64,000 nt of DNA from Mobula hypostoma (Eukaryota). The notes under the pieces are model-generated. The model was not told the origin of the DNA. It saw only the letters and a program-made list of their open reading frames with translations, and made no database searches. Made by a program: the position numbers and the translations under genes. The stretch lies in the NCBI RefSeq assembly GCF_963921235.1, contig NC_086108.1, positions 96,102,001-96,166,000 on the forward strand, read 5' to 3'. Of the stretch, positions 38,843 through 51,400 are shown one piece after another (within the stretch, counting starts at the first letter, position 1; each line of letters starts with the position of its first letter).

Positions 38843-40743
38843 GGGTCGGCACAACATCGTGGGCCGAAGGGCCTGTACTGTGCTGTACTATTCTATGTTC
38901 TATGTTCTCCCTGTAACTTTTGCCGCCCTTACTGATCAAGAACTTATCAACCTCCATTTTAAATATACTGAATTACTTGGCCTGTGTGTCATTGAATTGC
39001 ACAGGTTCATCACCTTCTGGCTAAAAAAAATTCCTCCTCATCTCTGTTGTAAAGGAACATCCTTCCATTCTGATTCCGTGTCCTCTGGTCCTAGACTCTC
39101 CCACTATTGGAAACATCCTCCACGTGCACTCCAGGCCTTTCAATACTCAGTAGGTTTCAATGAGATCCCCCCTCCCCCCATCATTCTTCCAAAGTCCAGC
39201 AAATACAGGCTCAGAGCCATCAAACACTCCTCTCATGTTAACCCTTTCATTCCTAGGATCATTCTTCTGAACCCCCTCCAATGCCATCACATCCTTCGTC
39301 AGATATGGGGTCCAAAGTGGCTCACAATACTCCAAATGTGGTCTGACCAATGCCTTAGAAAGCCCCAGCATTACGTCCTCGCCTTTGTATTCTAGTTATC
39401 TCAAAATGAATGTTATCATTTGTATTTGCCTTCCTTACTACCAACTCGCCCTCCAAGTTAACCTTTAGGGGATCCTGCATTAGAACTTCAAAGTTCCTTT
39501 GCACTTCCAATTTCTGAATTTGCTCACTGTTATGACTGTATACTTCCCTACACTCTATTCCATTTGCCACTTTGCCCATTCTTCGAATCTGTCCATCCTT
39601 CAGAAGACTCTCCGCTACCTGTCTTTCAGCCTATCTTTGTATCATCTGCAAGCATGGCCATTAAACCATTAATTTGGTCATCCAGATCATTATCATATAA
39701 CAAGAAGAGTAGTGCAGAACACTACCAGTTACCGCAGCCAACTAGAAAAGGTCCCATTTATTCCCACATTTTGCCTTCTGCCATTAAGCTAATTTTTTAT
39801 CCATGCTAGTAATTTCTTGCTGTAGTACCACAGGCTCCTATCTTGTTTAACTTCCAAATCTGTTACCCGGCAACCACTTAAAACAAACTTTTTAGATGTG
39901 ACAACTGAAAAAGCAGTGTTCCTTGGTGGGCTGTTCACTCAAAATATCCTGGTTTATTGTCAATTTGAACGTGAATTGTTTTGTGTATTGTTTTTCATGC
40001 AGCTTGTATCATGGTGTTGCAATACTGTTAGCCTTATTAAAATAATATTTTTCACTTCTAAATAACCAGTACAAAAGAGCTTATTGTTGCCTTTTCATCA
40101 CTCCTTTGATAGATTAAAAATTACAGTGCAGAAAGAAGCAGTATGTCTGTATTAACGCTGGCTCCTTATCCAATTACTTATAAATGATGTGGATTTGCCT
40201 CAGTAGTTACTTGTGGAAAGCATTTCATGCTCCAACAGATTGCAAACACTGTTTACGATATCTCTTCTTTCTTCTCTTCATGGCAATCCTAGATCAGTGT
40301 GCTTTGTTAGGAGTTTTCAACCAGTAGAAACATGTTTTAACCATTTGGACTCTCAAGCTCTTCCATAAGCTTATTTATAGATTTGCTAATTTTTCCCCAG
40401 TGAAATTTCCTTAACAGGCACCTGTGAATTTTAAACCTTTCTTCATAACCTTAGTTTATTTATGATATGCCAATTATTTATATTCCATTACTGTAGCTTA
40501 ATAGCCATATGATTGGGTACCCAGAATTGCATATGATGTACCAACCATGTCCTAACCAGCAGCTAGTTGGGTTGAGTTGTTCTCCGATCTTGGCAATCCA
40601 CTTGCCATGTTTTGTCACCATAGACGAGACATCAGTACGCTGTTCACTTGTGGTGTGTCCTCCAAATGCTTGGCCTTTATGTATTTATCAATCAGTTGAT
40701 TGGTTGTCATTACAGAAACTCAATTGTGAAGTGGGAAGCTACA

Positions 40744-41813
40744 TAGGGTTGCCAATGGACAAGAATAGCACATTGTGTTTACCCCGAGTAAGACTACAAT
40801 GACCATGAAGCCTTGCGCGGGCACCAGTGCGCATGCGTGTATGTGCCGATATTTTTCTACAAATCATTTTTGGCGATTCTGTTACGGGGGGGGTGGTAAT
40901 CTCGACCGGATTATAGGTGATAAGTGGCTAATACACTCAATTTTGTCTCTAAAAGGGTTTATCTAACGAATTTAATATTAAACACACAGCGCATATTTTC
41001 CTGGCATGAATATAGTGATAAGCCAATTATCAGAGGAGGACAGGGGAGCTTGAAGTAAGTGTTGAACGAACTTCCAGTAGAAGTGGTAGAGGCAGGTTCG
41101 ATATTATCATTTAAAGTTAAACTAGATAGCTATATGGACAGGAAAGGAATGGAGGGTTATGGGCTGAGTGCAGGTCGGTGGGACTAGGTGAGAGTAGCGT
41201 TCGGCACGGACTAGAAGGGCCGAGATGGCCTGTTTCCGTGCTGTAATTGTTATATGGTTATATAAGTCACTTATAAGTCAATAGCATCATAACATTTTAA
41301 GTAACGTTTGGATATTAAACACACAGCGCATATTTTCCCCATATGATATCGCTGAATCAGTGGGAGCCCTGGGCTTGTTTCCCTGCAACAAGACAGTCCC
41401 ATCAAAGGGTGATGGGAGACAGCAATATTCGAAGGGGGTTCCTTATGTCCGGTCTATTCCACAATTTAGTTTTCGTTGCATTCATTGCAGAGAAATGTTG
41501 GAAATGGAAGCAACGTTTTCAGTGCTTTCGTGGCTATCTCAGGATACTTAGCCTTGACTTTGATCCAGAATGCCGGCAGAGATATTATGTCAAACATACT
41601 TTTTAGCCCGCTGTCATTTGCAAGCTCGAGGAGTTGATTTTCTTCCCGCTCTGATATGGATGACGCGCGGGTAATGACTTCACGTGCGTTCAAGCTCAAC
41701 AGTGGGCGTGACAGGGAATGAGGAAGGGTGCAGCTGACTCATGTCGCCAAATCATATCGTTTCCTCGTGGCCCAGTAGCACATGCTTTGTGGCCTGATGG
41801 TTGGGGACCGCTG
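40744..41813 (-). mobile_element. Composite non-autonomous hAT (Charlie-type) element with transposase C-terminal remnant and an embedded CR1 3' piece
   Basis: Right TIR GGTTGGGGACCGCTG (ends 41813); minus ORF 41466-41699 FWIKVKAKYPEIATKALKTLLPFPT (hAT dimerisation domain); left part TAGGGTTGCCAA..GACCATGAAGCCTTGCGCGGG is shared with 57040-57330; CR1 3' end at ~41041-41260. Confidence 0.8.
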
Positions 41814-41931
41814 GTATAGGCTATCACTATTTTTGTAATTTATCTGAGACTTGTTTTTTTTCATGCTGCACATAATTTTGGTCTAAATTTTGCACCATAA
41901 CTAATAATGTTGAGGCTATCCAAACTAAAAG

Positions 41932-42230
41932 CCTCTTCCCCAGGGCACCACCACTCAGTACAAGAGGACATGGCTTTAAGGTAAGGGGTGGGAAGTTCAA
42001 GGAGGATATTAGAGGAAGTTTTTTTTTTACTCAGAGAGTGGTTGGTGCGTGGAATGCACTGCCTGAGTCAGTGATGGAGGCAGATACACTAGTGAAATTT
42101 AAGAGACTACTAGACAGGTATATGGAGGAATTTAAGATGGGGGTTTATATGGGAGGTTGGGTTTAAGGGTCAGCACAACATTGTGGGCCGAAGGGCCTGT
42201 ACTGTGCTGTACTATTCTGTGTTCTGTTCT
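41932..42230 (+). mobile_element. CR1 3' end, same subfamily as 35065-38907
   Basis: Closely matches 38610-38907. Confidence 0.9.
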
Positions 42231-44759
42231 GTAAATATTAGCATAGATTTTTGGTGTTCATGCTTAGACAGCAAAATGTAAAAGTGGAGAGGTTACTGTT
42301 GGATTTGTGATGCAAATTTGGTCTTCAGACACTTGGCATAAAAATGTATGAAAGCTGTGATGAAGTTAGATACCCAACAAACAAATAAACAAAAAGTTGT
42401 AACTTGTTCATTCAAATGACTACAAAATCTGGATTGATATATTCTCTCCCTGATTCTGTATTGTACTGTCAGGGTGTATTAGAGCTCACTTTGCATACGA
42501 GTTTTTCCACATCAGAAAACCTGAATCTTCTGCCAACAATCTCATGAAGCAAATTTGCTTGTTTCCTTTGTATTTTTTCAGTGTTCCTTCTTTTGTTTCA
42601 CAGTCAATAGGAAGGGCCCAGATATGACGCCTCTCCTAACTTTCCTTTGGCACTTTTCATCCTGCCTTTCAGGTCATCCCAAACAATTTCTTTAACAATG
42701 CTTTTATTATTCCCCTTCATTTTTATGTTAGCTTGGCTTGTTTCTCTTCAAGATGGATTTGTTAGACCTATTTAAATGCAAACTGTCTGAAAGGACTAAC
42801 CATGTAGAACCAGTTCACTTGTAAAAACTGTATCAACTCCACGAAAAGTGGATATAATTAATAAGGGGACAATATGTGAAAGCTTAGTTTCTGTGTTGGG
42901 AGGTGCAGTTGTAGATCTGTCTTTTGTAGCTAAGAACAGCACTGGAATAGCCCCTTCAATCCACTTTGTACAGAGCATTTTGCCAATATAACTAATCTCA
43001 TTTGTGTACATATGGTCTTTTTTCCTTTAATTTCTGTCTGTTCATGTGTTTGTCTAAATACCTACTAAATATTTCTATCTAGTCATTTCTACCACCTGCA
43101 TTGTCAGTGTATTCCAGCACCTACTTCCAGTACTCTATTAAAAAAAATTGTTTTGTAAATCTCTTTTAAGCTTTCCCCGTCTTGTGTTAAACTCAAACTG
43201 TACATAATACTCCAAATGTGGCCTAACCAAATTTTTATACAACTGCACCATGACTTTCCAACTTATATACTTAATAACTTGAGTGATGAAGGCAAGCATT
43301 CCTCGTGTCTTATTTTAATCATCCTATCCAGTTGTATTGCGACTTACATGGATATATAGATATGCATCCTTAGATGGATATATGGATATGCATCGTAAGA
43401 TCCCTCTGAACAGCAGTGTCCCTAAGAGTCCTGACATTTACTGTATACTTTTGCACTTGACGTCACTAAATGTAACTACACACTTTTCCAGATTAAACTC
43501 CATCTGCTAATTCTCAGCCCAAATTTTCAATTAAACCAACAAAAGTTGTTGGTGTATGATTATGTATATATCCAGGCTAACAATTTATCAATAGATTTAT
43601 TTAGTTATCAGAAAGAAGTGAGCAAACTTAAAATTTTGATGGGATGCTCAAGATCTTGCAAAACCTACTATGATAAACGAATATAGAACCTGATCACGTG
43701 CCTAATTATTGGATCATTTCCAAGGTTGTTATCAAATAGTTCAAAGCTGAAAACATTATTCATTAAAGTGGAAAAACCGCTGGTTCTCTTTATATTAAAG
43801 CAACATTGATGCTTCGTTATAAAGACGAAAGATTTTGCAATGGATCAACAAATTGTCCTGATAAAGGGCTAGGCCTGAAATGTCAACTGTTTATTCCTCA
43901 TGAAGCACATTTGCTTGTTTCCTACTTCATTTTTCAGTGTTCTTTCACGGTCAGATGCAGAGCATTTGTTTCAGCTTGCAGGTAAGTCTAGTGCAGGCCA
44001 CTGAGAACACCTGATTTATGGATGCTCTTACATACAACCAACCTCCCATAATAAACTCAATAGTCTGATGCACATACATGTATTAGTTTGTGCCTATGTC
44101 AGAACTAATTTTGTCTCTGTCTCGGTCTCCACTTCTAGTAGATGCTGCTTCTTATCAGTCTCGTGTGCTTTTGATGCCACACGTTTCACAGCACAATGGA
44201 GGTATGTTGAGTGATTATGGACAAAATTGATTTATGGGCATCTTTAAAAACAACCCCTTCATTACCCTCGGATGGCCAGGACATGTTATAAATTTGGAAT
44301 TACCAGTAACAGGTCAAACAAAATACTTGGGAGGAATCATTTCTTTGCACTGAGTTGTGAAAATATGGGACTTTGCCCCGAAGCATGCTGATGATAGATA
44401 TCAAAGGCAACTCAGATTCTGGAAATCCAAAACAAACAGAAAATGCTGGAAGCACTCAGCAGATCATGCAGAATCAGTGAGGAGAAAAACTTTCACATCA
44501 AGAAAGCCATCATCAGAACTGGAAAGATGAGAAAACAAGGATCTTACAAAGGGAGGAGGGGTGGAGAGAACAGAGGAAATGTCTGTGGTGGTGTGCACAT
44601 TAAAGTTTTTCAGATAATCATTACTTTCAAATGTTGGAGACACGTAAACAGAAACAATCTAACAGTCTGTCAGTACTTTAGACAGTGTTTGAGATTGCTG
44701 TAGATGCAGGGAAAAATCAAGCTTTTATTTCTGATGAGGATCTTTGCACACATGAATTG

Positions 44760-45845
44760 ATGAATTAGTTTATTATTGGCACACAGTCTGTAGTATGGTG
44801 AAACTCTCATCTTGCATACTATTCATACAGATCAATTCATTCCAGCAGTACATTAACATAGAAACATAGAAAATAGGTGCAGGAGTAGGCCAGTCGGCCC
44901 TTCGAGCCTGCACCGCCATTCAGTATGATCATGTATGAACATTAAGGTTGAACAAGGTAAAACAATTAACATAATGGGGAACCATTCAATAATCTTATAA
45001 CTGTGGGATAGAGGCTGACCATGAGTTTGGTGATACATGGTTTCAGGCTTTTGTTTCTACTTCCTGTTTGTGGTGGGTGGGGTCTTTGATTATGCTGGAT
45101 GTGAAAGGCATAAACAAGAGTCTGTGAGAGGAGGCTGGTTTCTGTGATATTCTGAACTCTGTCCACCTCTGTCTGTGATTTCTTGCGGTCACAGGCAGAG
45201 CAGTTGCCATACCAAGCCATAATGCAGCCAGATCGGACATTTTCCATGGTGCATTGATAAAAATTGGTTCGGGTCCAAGGGGACTTGCCAAGTATCTTTA
45301 ATATACTGAGATAGTTGAGGCACTGGTGGGCTTTCTAGGCCGTGATGTTAATGTGTTTGCAAGGACAGGCTTACTTTTAGGAAGTTGAAACTCTCAACCC
45401 TCTTCACCTCAGCACTTTTGATGCATGTGCACTGCCCTCCTTCCTGAAGTCATTGACAACTCTTTTGTTCTGTTGACAGTGAGGAAAAGGTTGTTGTCAC
45501 AACACCACGTCTTCATGCACTCTCTTTCCCTCCTGTACTCGGTGACTCATTGTTATTTGAGATGTGGCTCAAAACGTTGGTATCATCTGCACACTAGTAG
45601 ATGAAGTTAGAGCAGATTGTGACCATGCAATCATGAGTAATGGGGCGCAGAATAGGAGGCTGAGGCTGTAGCCTTGTGGAGTACCAATGTTGAGACTAAT
45701 CGTGGCAGACTCTGTTCATTAGAAAGCTAAAGATCCAGTTGCAAAGGGTGGTGTTGAATCCATTGTCTAGGAGTTTGGAAATGAGTTTGCTTGGAATTAT
45801 AGTATTGAAGGTGGAGCTATGGTCAATAAACAATCTCTAATCTTG
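44760..45845 (-). mobile_element. Old Rex1/Babar-like fragment
   Basis: Minus remnant GCIMAWYGNCSACDRKK; degenerate collinearity with 4200-5150; a small CR1-tail insert at ~44858-44938 flanked by ACATTAA. Confidence 0.65.
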
Positions 45846-45879
45846 TTTCAGTCAGATCTATTAGGATTAGACCCTATTC

Positions 45880-48017
45880 CAGTGTTTCCCATCCCTTTTT
45901 AGCCCAAAGCCCTCCTAAAGCACCTTCATACTTGCCAATACCCCTCTTAAGCACATTATATTTTCTGGTGCCGCCATAGTGTAAAAACATATCTACCATA
46001 TGCTAACATGAGAAAAATGATTCTGCTTTAGAATTTTATTTGTCTTTAAACCTAGCTTACACAGTACCTGTGCACTGTAGAGCAGCTTCAATATCAATGT
46101 GATCCTTGAGCAAGAGTTGAAATAACTGGTTCAAGTTGTGACAGCAAAAGCCTTAAGTCCCCACAAGTAACAATGTCCAAGCAGTTTCTGTTTTTTGGGA
46201 CTGCACTGAAGCCTCTTTTAACAAGGTAGGAGGATGGAAATGCAATGAAGAGCAGTTTGACTCTTCTCCAAAGACCAAGAAACTTTTTATGACAGTGCAG
46301 TAACATACCACAAAAGCCAACATTTATGAAAAGCATTTTTGCTGCTTCTTTCTGAATTTCAATAATTTCTTCTTGCAAGCTTTCTTCCTGTTCTTCCACC
46401 TTGCAAAGAAATGGGTTAATCAAATCCATGAATCGATTCTGAAAATCCTTCAGTGACTGCAGGTGTAAGTAGTATTCTTGCAAATCACCATCTGTGAAAG
46501 ACAGTAACATACTTTCCGTGTAGGGAAACTGAGAACGTTCTTCTCCCAATGTTTTGCTTACATATTTACAATTTTCTTATAAATGTGGACAATGCACTTT
46601 TTGCCTGGATTTAATTGAAATTCTCACCCTGCAGTTTCATATTAGAATGTTCATTTTGTCTCACAGTTTGGCTAGGTATGGCACATCTCCACATAAAGTT
46701 CAATCTTATTTCCCAAGCTCTTGTTGACTTTGAGCATAAATTCAGCCACAGTGTCAAAAAGATTAAAGAAACATTTTATGCTGCTACACTTTTGACACCC
46801 ACGCACTTCAGTGTGAAAAAGCAAACGTTCAAACTCTTCATCGTTGTCTTGGCATAACTGGAAAAATATTTTGCTATTTAATGGATAAGCTTTAATTTTG
46901 TTGATAGCAGATATTACAGGAGTCATGCTTGAAAGAAAGTTGCTGGCTGCCGTTTTTGGCTGCGAGATGTTGACAATGAATTGTACAATGGATTGCAAAC
47001 AGACTTGGAATTTCTTTTTTCATAAATGCCACTAAACCAGCATGGCAATCTGTCATATATGGAGCTCCATCTGTTGCAGAAGAAATCATGTTCCTAATCA
47101 GAATACATTTATCCTCTATATAGATTTTGAGCTTGCCGTAGATTGATTCTCCATTAATACTTGATTTTAACTTCTTACAAAGTAGAATCTCTTCATAAAC
47201 GCTTCCATTTTTGATTGTCTTGCACAGTTGACTCACCTAGTTATATCCCAAATTATGTTTTTTGATCTCTGTGCATTGTTGATTCTTAATGTCTTCATTC
47301 ATTTCATCAATACGACAAACTACAGAGTTATTACTTAGAGGAATTGATTTTAAAATGGTGGTATCCATTTTGAGAACAGTGGTAACAGCAGTGAGCACTT
47401 CTGATACAGCAGGCATTATTAATCTTTCACCAATTGTGTGAGATTTTCCACACTTTGCTATCATTTTGGAAATGTTATAAGAAGCAATGAGACCACCGTC
47501 AAGGTCATTCTTGGCTTTCTTGGCAAATGACTGGAATGTGCAATGCTTTTCAAATGTTTCTTTTATCTTCTGGAACTGAGACATACCATAGTAGACTTCT
47601 CAGGATGTCTTTTACGGAAGTGTTCCTGTAATCTTGATGGTTTCATGGCTTCATTAGACAGTACAGTATTACAAATAATAGATGGGGCATTGCTGATCTT
47701 ACGGGAATGGAATAAAACTATACACCAGGTATGTAACATTGTGTTGATGTACTTTCTGTAGTTTCTGTTTCTTAGCAGGATTAGAATTCAAGGCTTCACT
47801 GCCTTCAGACTGGTATTTATCCATCATTAATGGCTAAATTGAAATTTTAAAATTAACACAGACTGGGAATGCCTATCAGATGATGACGGCAGCAGCAAGT
47901 TGACATGGTTGGTCAGGTCTTGTGCCTCGAGTTAGGGTACTGCTTACACCCCCCCCCCCCCCGCCAAGAATTGTGAATGCCCTCTGACGACTTCTATTTC
48001 CCCTAAGGACATCACTG
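45880..48017 (-). mobile_element. hAT Charlie/Buster-type DNA transposon, decayed autonomous-type copy
   Basis: Left TIR CAGTGTTTCCC, degenerate right TIR ..GGACATCACTG, candidate 8-bp TSD CCCTATTC (45872-45879) / TCCTATTA (48018-48025) with central TA. Confidence 0.8.
46094..47824 (-). pseudogene. Charlie/Buster-family hAT transposase (ZBED5/SCAND3-like), multiply frameshifted
   Basis: BED-finger remnant ICNTVLSNEAMKPSRLQEHFRKRHP; KSHTIGERLIMPA; IPLSNNSVVCRI; ATDGAPYM; HCTIHCQHLAAK; LLFHTEVR; FPSSYLVKRGFSAV; GDLRL. Confidence 0.9.
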
Positions 48018-50659
48018 TCCTATTAATTTAATTGGGAATCTTCAGCCTGGAAAACAGTGAAAGTGGTTCTCTTTAAGTTTTGCCTTAATGATTTTATTCA
48101 TCTGTAAATAGTTTAAAATGTTTATTTTATGAAGTTTGATATTTTCTATTTAACTCTTCTCAGAGATATTTGAAAATGAGTTTTGACAGCAGATGAAGTC
48201 CTGATTCTGAGCCAGGCATCGAGAGCCTTACCAGAGGCCTTGTTGCTGTTTAATTCTAACTCTGGACACCTCCCAAGTGCTGAGAATCATCACTAATTCT
48301 GAGCAGTGGGCCAGATCCTTCCTGTTTGGGACCATTGTTACATGTATTATTTTTTTCGTTGTAGAGAGGGCAGCTTGGACTTCAGCAACGTAAAACAATT
48401 TGAAGTACCCAATGCACTGTTAACCATTCCCTGCACACCCTGAAGTAATGATCCAATGACTCTGAATGATTTTCTTTATTGTGCATGGCCAGCTTTAAAA
48501 GATTGTATTTACTGAGGACCTCAAAAGGAGTGACTTGAAATGCTAGTATCCTGAGTATGAAATATCACAAATCATAAAAGGTGAACAGTAGTGCCAATAC
48601 AATCGTGGCGGGTCATATTGTGCTGGCCTAAGAGATGGGAATGTCTGCTGCCTCAATGCCAGTGGGTTGCTGCCAGCTCCAGACTTACGAATACACTGAA
48701 ATTTGTTTTCATATTATCAAAATTTCCTGCATAAACAAACTTCCCGTTACACTTGAGTTGCCTCTAACTTGATACAGCTTCTAGTTCATAGTTTGGGTAG
48801 CGGTAATGTCTGAAACCTTACCTTTGACTGAAAATGAACTGCATATGCTGTTTTCTGGAAATTAATATGTATTACTGAATGTCAAGACATGTCTTTTTGA
48901 AGGTAATTGGTTCTTTGCCCTTTGAAGTACTCAATATTTGAAAAAGAGTTGAATCTGATTTTATTATGCTCAGAACTGGGAGCTATTATTCTCCTCGAGA
49001 GGCCGATACTGTGAAGTGAATGAACTTTTCAGATAAACAAAGCTGAACAGTTGCCATAGCAAATTTTGAACTCTGCCTGATGATAAAAGTTTTCACTAGT
49101 TGAATGCAAAACAGAGTAAGGTTACCTAGCTGCTTTTCGTTTGTTTTCTACTTTGATAATCAAATGTTATTGCATCATTTCACAGCTGTTTGTATTTGTA
49201 CACTTTTTCATGTTGCATGAAGAATTTTAATAAAAGTATGGTCTTGTAAATCATGTTAATTATTGACTCGTCTTTGTGTTCTTGTGATAGCATTTGTTTA
49301 TAATCCTATTAAATTTAGTTTTTAATTCAAGATGCATTATGTTGTGCAAACCCTTGCTAATGATAATGTATTGGTAACTTGTTTAAAGTATTGTGGCTTG
49401 GTAACCATAACACTAAATTATTGAATTCTAATTGACTTTCAATCTCTCAGCTTTCACACTTGTCTTATAGACAAGTTGGGGCAGTCCTAACTAAGTCTGT
49501 AAAGCATTTTATGTGAAGAGGAGAAAAACTTGACAGGACTAGGCATGTCTAGTAATTGCAAACCTTTTATTTAAGAAGCTGGATTGAGCTTTGGAAACAT
49601 TCATGCTGGAGGGGTAAGTGTGACAGGTGCAGGAACATGAAAAGACAGGAAATGGAACCTAATTGAGCCTTGAAGTCAGCTATATTGTTTAACTATGAAG
49701 AGCCATATTCCATGATTTTTTAGTGAATGGAAATTTGTTGATTTTTAGCTTGAGATTTCAATTAAAACAGCATCTTATGTGGAAGGATTTTCCAGATTAT
49801 TGCTATCTTTTGGGAAAGTGCTGCTTGGTTTCACTGCTTAATAGTGTAGCTCTAATTCTTTCTGTGACTAAAAGATTAAATTCTTCTAAATTATGACCTG
49901 TAATGAAATGTGGAGCAATTCTCTGCTAGCCTTGTTTTTTGGTTTCTCTCATTTTTTGCAAATCTTGGAATAAATGCTTTCTCTCTCTCTTTTGGGTCCT
50001 GATCTATTCCCAATATATGTCCCAAGGATATCTTCAGTTACTCAGTTTTTGATTTGTGTTATTTATCTCTTATGTGCAAACCTACTTAATGACATTTGCA
50101 AGATCAGGAGAAATTCACTTTGTACCATGCTAGCAATTTCTTTAGAAGTTGAAAAGAGATTAGTCAGAAGTCTTTGCTGGTTCTTTGATCAAATAGAATT
50201 TGTTGAAATGCTCATTAACGTCAAATGATATCAAACTGATTGATCTGTAATTACCATGTTTCTCCCTCTTTCTTTCTAAAGTAGTGGAGTAATACACGGT
50301 TTTCCAATCCAGTGGTATTATTCAGGAATCTAGTTGCATGTTGACAGTGACGGTTAATTACCGCAGCTATTTCTCTTAGTTTCTCTCCAGAGTTTATTAG
50401 ATTCTCTGGAGATCTGTTTATCCTAAATTCTGTTATTATCTCAATTAATGTGAGTAAAACAAAAAAGAGTACATTGATTGTATTTCTGTTCTTCACTCGC
50501 TTTGGTGTTCTTTTATACCAGTGGTACTTTGCATTTATTTTCACATGAGAAGGGCGAAACAAAGTGTTCATTTAACAAGTCTACTATTACCATCTTATCC
50601 ATTGGAGTCTTAACTTCATCCACCTTGAATATATGTACATATTTTTAAAACCTTTTGTT

Positions 50660-51021
50660 GTTAGTGTTGAAATACCATCCACGCCAGGACTGTCAGACTC
50701 CAAAACAGTTACTTTCCCCAGGCAGTAAGGCTGGTCAACATCTCCTGCCACTAACCCACCCGTCCACACCCTCAACCCACTATTTTATCATTTCCTGTCA
50801 GTCACCTTATGTACAGACACTCTTGTGCCTAGCATCACTTTATGGACATACAATAAGTCTACATTTCTACGTTACGTTATGTATTTACATCTGTTGTGTT
50901 TTTTATTATTGTGTTCTTTATCTTATTGTGTTTTTATTTTGTGCTGCATCAGATCCGGAGTAACAATTATTTCATTCTCCTTTACACTTGTGTACTAGAA
51001 ATGACCATTAAAGAATCTTGA
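50660..51021 (+). mobile_element. Rex1-like LINE 3' end
   Basis: Remnant ..ARTVRLQNSYFPQAVRLVN.. followed by an AT-rich UTR and a TCTTGAA-type tail. Confidence 0.6.
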
Positions 51022-51166
51022 ACTATCCATTTCAAATTTTCTCATACTCACTTCTTACATTCAGGTCTACATTTGCTTTGTTTTAATTGTTTTTTATTTA
51101 TAGATCTTGCAGTGGATTGAACTTCGAGATATGTGAGAAAGCAAGAACAATTAGCAAGTAGATGAA

Positions 51167-51400
51167 TTTATTTATTTTCATTTATTGACACCCTGTGCGA
51201 AGTAGGCCCTTCCGGTCCTTTGAGCCATGTTGCCTGGCAATCCCCCAATTTAACACTAACCTAAACACGGGACAATTTACAATGACCAATTAATTTATCA
51301 ACCCATACATCTTTGGACTGTGTGAGGAAATCAGACCACTTGGAGAAAGCCAACACAGACACGGGGAGAACTTACAAGCTCCTTACAGGCAGTGGCAGGA
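51167..51400 (-). mobile_element. V-SINE/HE1-like SINE
   Basis: Reverse (AATA)n tail, CR1-like 3' hairpin, V-domain TTTGGACTGTGTGAGGAAATCAGACCACTTGGAGAAAGCC. Confidence 0.7.

Larger units (their letters stand above)
35065..38907 (+). mobile_element. Near-complete CR1-clade LINE (5' end of ORF1 missing)
   Basis: ORF1 esterase plus ORF2 APE-RT, 3' hairpin GGGCCGAAGGGCC and a (TTCTATG)n tail. Confidence 0.95.
34957..39850 (-). mobile_element. Old CR1-type LINE 3' portion split by the younger + strand CR1
   Basis: 34957-35064 and 38908-39850 together are collinear with 6397-7550; ORF remnant LVRPHLEYCEPLWTP. Confidence 0.75.

Noticed and set aside
43348..43399. 26-bp tandem duplication ATGGATATATRGATATGCATC..
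   Set aside because: Local slippage within a decayed LINE remnant; no sign of function.
46094..47824. Domesticated ZBED5/SCAND3-like host gene
   Set aside because: Multiple frameshifts and retained TIR/TSD indicate a dead transposon.
48150..48420. Acceptor-like sites (CTTCTCAG, TCGTTGTAG) suggesting an extra TGFBR3 exon
   Set aside because: No open frame with betaglycan similarity, and exons 2 and 3 already join in frame.
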